Source of the DNA: Candidatus Nealsonbacteria bacterium
GTDB lineage: Bacteria > Patescibacteriota > Minisyncoccia > Minisyncoccales > MHMH01
Assembly (NCBI GenBank): GCA_016188865.1
Contig: JACPGX010000005.1
Span: 75,188 to 112,080, forward strand
Reading direction: 5' to 3'
Length of the DNA stretch: 36,893 bases
Below the pieces are notes generated by a model, which saw only the letters and a list, made by a program, of their open reading frames with translations, did not search any database and was not told the DNA's origin. The translations under genes were made by a program, and so were the position numbers. Every line of letters begins with the position of its first letter. Position 1 is the stretch's first letter. Shown here piece by piece: positions 32,878-36,893 of this stretch.

Positions 32878-32893
32878 AAAGCCCTGCTTTTTT
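32866..32893 (+). terminator. Rho-independent terminator overlapping the stop codon
   Basis: GCAGGGC / GCCCTGC stem followed by TTTTTT. Confidence 0.75.
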
Positions 32894-32915
32894 ATTTCTT
32901 AATTTTTACCCCCCC

Positions 32916-32924
32916 GACAGACGC
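32916..32924 (+). repeat. Junction motif, degenerate copy 4 (GACAGACGC)
   Basis: It occupies the same position after the terminator T-run and a C-run. Two nt are missing relative to the consensus. Confidence 0.5.
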
Positions 32925-32932
32925 CTAAATGG

Positions 32933-32984
32933 AACACGACCAAAATCGCCAAAATCCCCCTTAAAATCTTGGTTCTAGACCGAG
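32933..32984 (+). repeat. Promoter-like junction block, copy 2 (decayed)
   Basis: AACACGACCAAAATCGCCAAAAT differs at one of 23 positions from 34171-34193. It continues CCCCCTTAAAATCTTGGTTCTAGACCGAG. Confidence 0.75.
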
Positions 32985-33054
32985 TATGCCAGCCGTTAGT
33001 CAACACAGTATCAATAGAAAATAATGGTGCCTGTCCCCATTATCATTATCTCAC

Positions 33055-33083
33055 TTGTTAGTTTGTTTGACTTTTGATAGCAT
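33055..33083 (+). promoter_or_regulatory. Possible promoter of the 121-aa gene
   Basis: TTGTTA, 17-nt spacer, TAGCAT. SD AAGGGGG at 33102-33108. Confidence 0.35.
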
Positions 33084-33113
33084 ATAAAAGTAGTTATTCG
33101 GAAGGGGGTAGTA

Positions 33114-33479
33114 ATGTCTGAGGAAAAAGCTAAAAAGTTGGCAGAAGCCCGCAAGTATGCGGATAAATATTTTCAACCGACTCTAAAAAAGATTTTGAAA
33201 AGAATCAAGAAAGCGTCTTCGAGAGGGTATTTCCATAACGAAATTCATCTGGGCATTGAGATAGAGTCTTTGGTTGCGACAGGAGAATGGACAGAGAAAG
33301 AATTTAGAAAAAAGTTATTGGCCGATAAGATAATCGCGGCTCTCAAAGAGAGGGGGTACGCGGTAATACCTAGTACTGCATCGGGTCATGGTCTTTTGAT
33401 CAATGGGCCAGAAGTGTTACTTGGAGACGATCCAAAAATAATTCCTACCATAATTACTACCTGGACCATTAAATGGTAA
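33114..33479 (+). CDS. Hypothetical protein (121 aa)
   Basis: It has an SD and its own terminator. No family recognised. Confidence 0.6.
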   Translation: MSEEKAKKLAEARKYADKYFQPTLKKILKRIKKASSRGYFHNEIHLGIEIESLVATGEWTEKEFRKKLLADKIIAALKERGYAVIPSTASGHGLLINGPEVLLGDDPKIIPTIITTWTIKW

Positions 33480-33484
33480 ATTTG

Positions 33485-33509
33485 AAAGGCATCATTCGAT
33501 GCCTTTTTT
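33485..33509 (+). terminator. Rho-independent terminator
   Basis: AAAGGCATC-ATTC-GATGCCTTT followed by TTT. Confidence 0.8.
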
Positions 33510-33515
33510 ATCTCC

Positions 33516-33526
33516 GACCGAGACGC
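33516..33526 (+). repeat. Junction motif GACCGAGACGC, copy 5
   Basis: It lies 7 nt after the terminator and is followed by the palindrome GCCTACCGGTAGGC (33546-33559). Confidence 0.8.
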
Positions 33527-33560
33527 GTCGGTGGGACAAGCCCCCGCCTACCGGTAGGCA

Positions 33561-33613
33561 GGCAAAAGCCCTAAAATACCCCTTGCTAAATTTATATTAA
33601 TTTGGTAAGATTG
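33561..33613 (+). promoter_or_regulatory. Promoter-like junction block, copy 3, serving as the hicB promoter
   Basis: GGCAAAAGCCCTAAAATACCCCTTGCTA, 17-nt spacer, TAAGAT. The -10 ends 6 nt before ATG 33618, so the mRNA is leaderless or nearly so. Confidence 0.5.
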
Positions 33614-33617
33614 AAGT

Positions 33618-33854
33618 ATGAGAAAACATAAAGAGAAAATCTATCAATACGAAGTAGTTTTTGATTCTAACGGAGAAGGGTATACAGTTACAGTACCCAA
33701 ACTCCCTGGCTTAGTTACCGAAGGGGACAATTTAAAAGAAGCTCGCGAGATGGCTAAGGACGCTATCCGCTGTTATCTTGAGGCATTGCTTAAGGACAAA
33801 ATGTTGCGCCGGCTATCTGAGACAAAAAGAGAGAAGGTTGAGGTATGCGTATAG
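33618..33854 (+). CDS. hicB: HicB-family antitoxin
   Basis: YEVVFDSNGEGYTVTVPKLPGLVTEGDNLKEAREMAKDAIRCYLEA is the typical HicB N-terminal (RNase H-like) fold signature. Confidence 0.75.
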   Translation: MRKHKEKIYQYEVVFDSNGEGYTVTVPKLPGLVTEGDNLKEAREMAKDAIRCYLEALLKDKMLRRLSETKREKVEVCV

Positions 33855-33861
33855 TTTTATT

Positions 33862-34089
33862 ATGACCAAACTCCCCAGAATACCGTCTGTGTTAGCGATT
33901 AGGGCTCTGAAGAGAGCTCATTTTTATGAATATCACCGTTCGGGTAGTCACATTCAATTACGTCATTTGAATAACTCCAGTTCAAGGATAACTATCCCTT
34001 TTCAGAAAAAAGATTTAAGTCCAAAAACACTAAAATCAATCCTAAAACAGGCCGGACTGAGTATCGATGAATTTATAACTTTAATATAG
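33862..34089 (+). CDS. hicA: HicA-family mRNA interferase toxin
   Basis: ATG 33862 gives MTKLPRIPSVLAIRALKRAHFYEYHRSGSHIQLRH...ITIPFQKKDLSPKTLKSILKQAGLS, the HicA pattern including the GSH catalytic His. It lies 7 nt after the hicB stop. Confidence 0.8.
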   Translation: MTKLPRIPSVLAIRALKRAHFYEYHRSGSHIQLRHLNNSSSRITIPFQKKDLSPKTLKSILKQAGLSIDEFITLI

Positions 34090-34112
34090 CGGTTTTCTTT
34101 TTTCCTATCCCT

Positions 34113-34123
34113 GACCGAGACCC
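34113..34123 (+). repeat. Junction motif GACCGAGACCC, copy 6
   Basis: Followed by the nested stems CCCTT/AAGGG and TCCGC/GCGGA (34121-34154). Confidence 0.75.
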
Positions 34124-34170
34124 TTCTTCTCCGCCTTGAGCGGATTCGAAAGGGCACAGCGGGTCAATGT

Positions 34171-34227
34171 AACACGGCCAAAATCGCCAAAATTTTCCTT
34201 GACAAAATATTGGTTTTGGAGTATACT
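34171..34227 (+). promoter_or_regulatory. Promoter-like junction block, copy 4, the intact helicase promoter
   Basis: AACACGGCCAAAATCGCCAAAATTTTCC, then TTGACA (34199-34204), 17-nt spacer, TATACT (34222-34227). Confidence 0.6.
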
Positions 34228-34243
34228 GTTAAGGTAATTGGAT

Positions 34244-35488
34244 ATGAGACCAATCGGTCTCTTTTATTTTATAACAATGAAAAGTTTTAACAGCGGTAGG
34301 CCGAAAAAATATTTCTATCAATCTCACTATAAAAGTGCGGGTTTTTCTGGTTTGGGACGCAGAAGGCCCATGGGCAGGCCAGTTCAAAAGATAGATCCAG
34401 CCAGATTTATCAACAAGGCGATTCAGGACGAGGGAGTTGAAAATTATACGCCGCAGCACGAATTTCAAGATTTTAAGATTGACCAGCAATTAATCGCGGC
34501 CGTTGCCGCTAAGGGCTACAAAATACCTACGCCGATTCAAGATCAGGTTATACCGCAAATTGTCGATGGCTTGGATGTAGTGGGCATTGCCGATACCGGC
34601 ACAGGTAAAACAGCTGCTTTTCTTTTGCCTCTCATCAATAAAGTTTTCATAAATCCGGAGGAGCAGATTCTGATTGTCGCTCCGACCAGGGAGCTGGCTA
34701 TTCAAATTGATCAGGAGTTTAAATCGTTCGTCAGGGGAATGGGAATGTTTTCAGTTTCCTGCGTAGGGGGCATGGGCATAGGCAGGCAAATTTCGGAGCT
34801 TCGCTACCGCTACAGTTTTATTATCGGCACGCCGGGAAGATTAAAGGATTTAATACAAAGAAAAATGATTAATCTGTCCCAGTTCAATACTGTCGTTTTG
34901 GACGAAGCGGACAGAATGTTTGACATGGGGTTCATCAACGACACGCGTTTTATAATTAACGGCATGCCCAAGAGCCGCCAGACGCTTTTTTTCTCCGCAA
35001 CCATTTCAAATGAAATAGAAAGAATGATTAGGGAATTCACCAAAAATCCAGTCAGGGTTTCGGTGAAAACCAGAGATACTTCAAAAAATGTTGAGCAGGA
35101 TATCATTAAGGTGGGGGAAGGGAGAACAAAATTGGACGTTCTCAATAATCTTTTAAGCCAAAAAGAATTCAATAAGGTGCTCATTTTTGGAAGAACTAAG
35201 TATGGGGTGGAAAAACTTTCGCGAATTCTTCTTCGCGAGGGCTTTAGCGTGGAATCAATACATGGAGATAAAAATAATTCCCAGCGCCAGAAGGCGCTAA
35301 GCATGTTTAAGGATAACCGCGTGCAGGTTTTAGTTGCTACCGATGTGGCTGCCCGCGGCCTTGATATTGCCGATATCAGCCATGTTATTAACTATGATAT
35401 GCCCTCGACTTACGATGATTATATCCATCGCATCGGGCGGACAGGGCGATATAACAAACGCGGTATGGCTCTCACTTTTGTTGATTAG
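34244..35488 (+). CDS. DEAD-box ATP-dependent RNA helicase
   Basis: Q motif F.DF..PTPIQ, ADTGTGKTAAF, PTRELA, LDEADRM, SAT, and HRIGRTGR. ATG 34244 lies 9 nt after AAGG. Confidence 0.92.
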   Translation: MRPIGLFYFITMKSFNSGRPKKYFYQSHYKSAGFSGLGRRRPMGRPVQKIDPARFINKAIQDEGVENYTPQHEFQDFKIDQQLIAAVAAKGYKIPTPIQDQVIPQIVDGLDVVGIADTGTGKTAAFLLPLINKVFINPEEQILIVAPTRELAIQIDQEFKSFVRGMGMFSVSCVGGMGIGRQISELRYRYSFIIGTPGRLKDLIQRKMINLSQFNTVVLDEADRMFDMGFINDTRFIINGMPKSRQTLFFSATISNEIERMIREFTKNPVRVSVKTRDTSKNVEQDIIKVGEGRTKLDVLNNLLSQKEFNKVLIFGRTKYGVEKLSRILLREGFSVESIHGDKNNSQRQKALSMFKDNRVQVLVATDVAARGLDIADISHVINYDMPSTYDDYIHRIGRTGRYNKRGMALTFVD

Positions 35489-35662
35489 AATAATCAATGG
35501 TATAATTAAAATACAAATAATCGAATTAATTATATAAAATTATGGGTATAGGATGGCGAAATAGAAAAAGACTTGAGAAAAAAATAAGAAAAAGGAAAAG
35601 AGGCAAGCTTGCCAAAAAATAATAGTTATCCACAGGGATGGCTTTTTGAGTGTTGATTTTAC

Positions 35663-35671
35663 TGGTATAAT
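35663..35671 (+). promoter_or_regulatory. Extended -10 promoter element (TGgTATAAT)
   Basis: Read directly, about 48 nt upstream of ATG 35719. Confidence 0.45.
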
Positions 35672-35718
35672 ATATCAAAAGGTCGAAGGATGATATTAAA
35701 TAACAAACGATAATCAAT

Positions 35719-36399
35719 ATGACAATTGCAGATTGGTATTCAGTAACAGTGGGAGCCTTACAGGGCCTTTGGCAGGGATTTTTAAATTTTATTCCTGCTT
35801 TAATCGGAGCTATCGTAGTTTTCGTAATTGGTTGGTTTATTTCGACGGGAGTAGGCAAGTTAGTTGCCGGCATCTTGAAGAAATTAAGATTCAACCAAAT
35901 TTTCAACAAGGGCAATTGGGACGAAGCTTTAGCCAAAGCTGATATTAAAGCAGACGCTTCAGCTTTTGTCGGCGCTATCATCAAGTGGGTTTTAGTGATT
36001 GTTTTCCTAATGGCCTCCGTAGAAATTTTAGGCTTGCCTGGTTTTGCCGGATTTTTGGACAAAATCATCGGATATTTGCCTAACGTAGTCGTAGCTGCTT
36101 TCATTTTTGTTGCGGCTGTAATAGTCGCTGATCTAACGGAAAAAGTAGTTAGAGTGTCAGTAGAATCAATGAAAATAGGTTACGGCCACATAGTGGGAGT
36201 GATTGTCAGATGGTCAATTTGGGTTTTTGCCTTTCTCGCTATTTTGCTTCAATTGAGGATTACCCCGACACTGATTAATACCCTTTTTATGGGTTTTGTG
36301 GCCTTGATAGTCATAGCTGGCGGCGTTGCCTTCGGCTTGGGAGGAAAGGATGTAGCTGGTGAAATTCTGCGAGATTTATATAAGAAATTGAAAGGGTAA
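35719..36399 (+). CDS. Membrane protein with conserved TM-helix repeats (MscS-N-terminal-like)
   Basis: 226 aa built from repeated units of a TM helix plus an amphipathic segment (IPALIGAIVVFVIGWFIS..GKLVAGIL). Family recollection only. Confidence 0.6.
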   Translation: MTIADWYSVTVGALQGLWQGFLNFIPALIGAIVVFVIGWFISTGVGKLVAGILKKLRFNQIFNKGNWDEALAKADIKADASAFVGAIIKWVLVIVFLMASVEILGLPGFAGFLDKIIGYLPNVVVAAFIFVAAVIVADLTEKVVRVSVESMKIGYGHIVGVIVRWSIWVFAFLAILLQLRITPTLINTLFMGFVALIVIAGGVAFGLGGKDVAGEILRDLYKKLKG

Positions 36400-36425
36400 A
36401 ATTTCGGTTCCAGAATTCTGATTTA

Positions 36426-36458
36426 CCCTCCCACCAATTTGGTGGGAGGGTTGTTTTT
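36426..36458 (+). terminator. Rho-independent terminator
   Basis: CCCTCCCACC-AATTT-GGTGGGAGGG followed by TTGTTTTT. Confidence 0.85.
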
Positions 36459-36492
36459 AGAGTTAAATTTGATAAAATTAGAGTATGGATTC

Positions 36493-36564
36493 GGGCACTT
36501 AGCGCAGTGGTAGCGCGCTTCGTTCACATCGAAGAGGTCACAGGTTCGAATCCTGTAGTGCCCA
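36493..36564 (+). tRNA. tRNA-Val (anticodon CAC), CCA not encoded
   Basis: Manual cloverleaf: GGGCACT/AGTGCCC acceptor, GCGC-AGTGGTA-GCGC D arm, CTTCG-TTCACAT-CGAAG anticodon arm, ACAGG-TTCGAAT-CCTGT T arm. Confidence 0.88.
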
Positions 36565-36568
36565 CATC

Positions 36569-36893
36569 ATGAATAATATTTTTTTTCAATATTTAGAGTG
36601 GCATTTTATTGATAGTCCGAAGGGTATTTTAAAGGGGTGGAGAAACTGCCTCAAGTTTAATTTGAATTATTGGTCGGTGGTTACTCTTTTGAAAACTTTT
36701 TTTAGCCACTGGCGCAGATATCGTTATGCGTACGGCAAGGGTTTTGATTTTAAAAGATATTTCGAAGTCTTCACTTTTAATATGATTTCCCGGGTTATTG
36801 GGGCGATATTGAGAAGCTTTTTGATTGCTTTCGGCATTTTAACTGAAATTTTCGTAATTTTTTCCGGATTAATCATATTTTTATTTTGGATAT
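36569..36893 (+). CDS. Hypothetical membrane protein, 3' end cut by window edge (absent from the ORF track)
   Basis: Own translation from ATG 36569 gives MNNIFFQYLEWHFIDSPKGILKGWRNCLKFNLNYWS...LIAFGILTEIFVIFSGLIIFLFWI. It stays open to the last base. Confidence 0.55.
   Translation, partial: MNNIFFQYLEWHFIDSPKGILKGWRNCLKFNLNYWSVVTLLKTFFSHWRRYRYAYGKGFDFKRYFEVFTFNMISRVIGAILRSFLIAFGILTEIFVIFSGLIIFLFWI

Noticed and set aside
35526-36104. 192-aa minus-strand ORF.
   Set aside because: It overlaps the well-supported plus-strand membrane-protein gene (35719-36399) and an AT-rich spacer. It has low-complexity composition, no SD and no recognisable family, so it is a shadow ORF.

Overview
This window is a tightly packed, AT-leaning, almost entirely plus-strand bacterial chromosome segment. 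It looks like a reduced Patescibacteria/CPR-type genome, an inference from content rather than a search: L30 is missing between S5 and L15, several core proteins are short, and RpoA has no C-terminal domain. All calls come from reading the translations and DNA by eye, with no database search.

The backbone is the spc/alpha ribosomal cluster (L5-S14-S8-L6-L18-S5-L15-SecY-Adk-Map ... IF1-L36-S13-S11-S4-RpoA-L17, then L13-S9). About 9 kb of other genes interrupt it between map and infA. Housekeeping genes follow: murA, mreB, holB, lepA, prfB with its +1 frameshift site, ftsEX, an ABC exporter and a DEAD-box helicase. There are four tRNA genes (Gly-CCC, Thr-CGT, Gln-CTG, Val-CAC).

The main points of interest:
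1. A 2.2-kb cassette-like array of five small self-promoted genes (Zn-ribbon, Cro-like HTH, an orphan, hicB, hicA) sits just 3' of tRNA-Gln. Each junction reuses the same sequence modules, and no recombinase is visible.
2. A single kdd-like dehydrogenase gene is inserted between two diverged copies of the ykuK 3' end. It carries a G9 frameshift.
3. A TrpF-like gene is broken the same way, at a T9 run.
4. One gene is built from near-identical 99-bp tandem repeats.
5. A perfect 32-nt palindrome lies inside lepA. Its 13-nt core recurs downstream of rpsI.
6. A structured intergenic RNA with SRP-like motifs precedes alaS.

No CRISPR array, transposase or integrase was seen.
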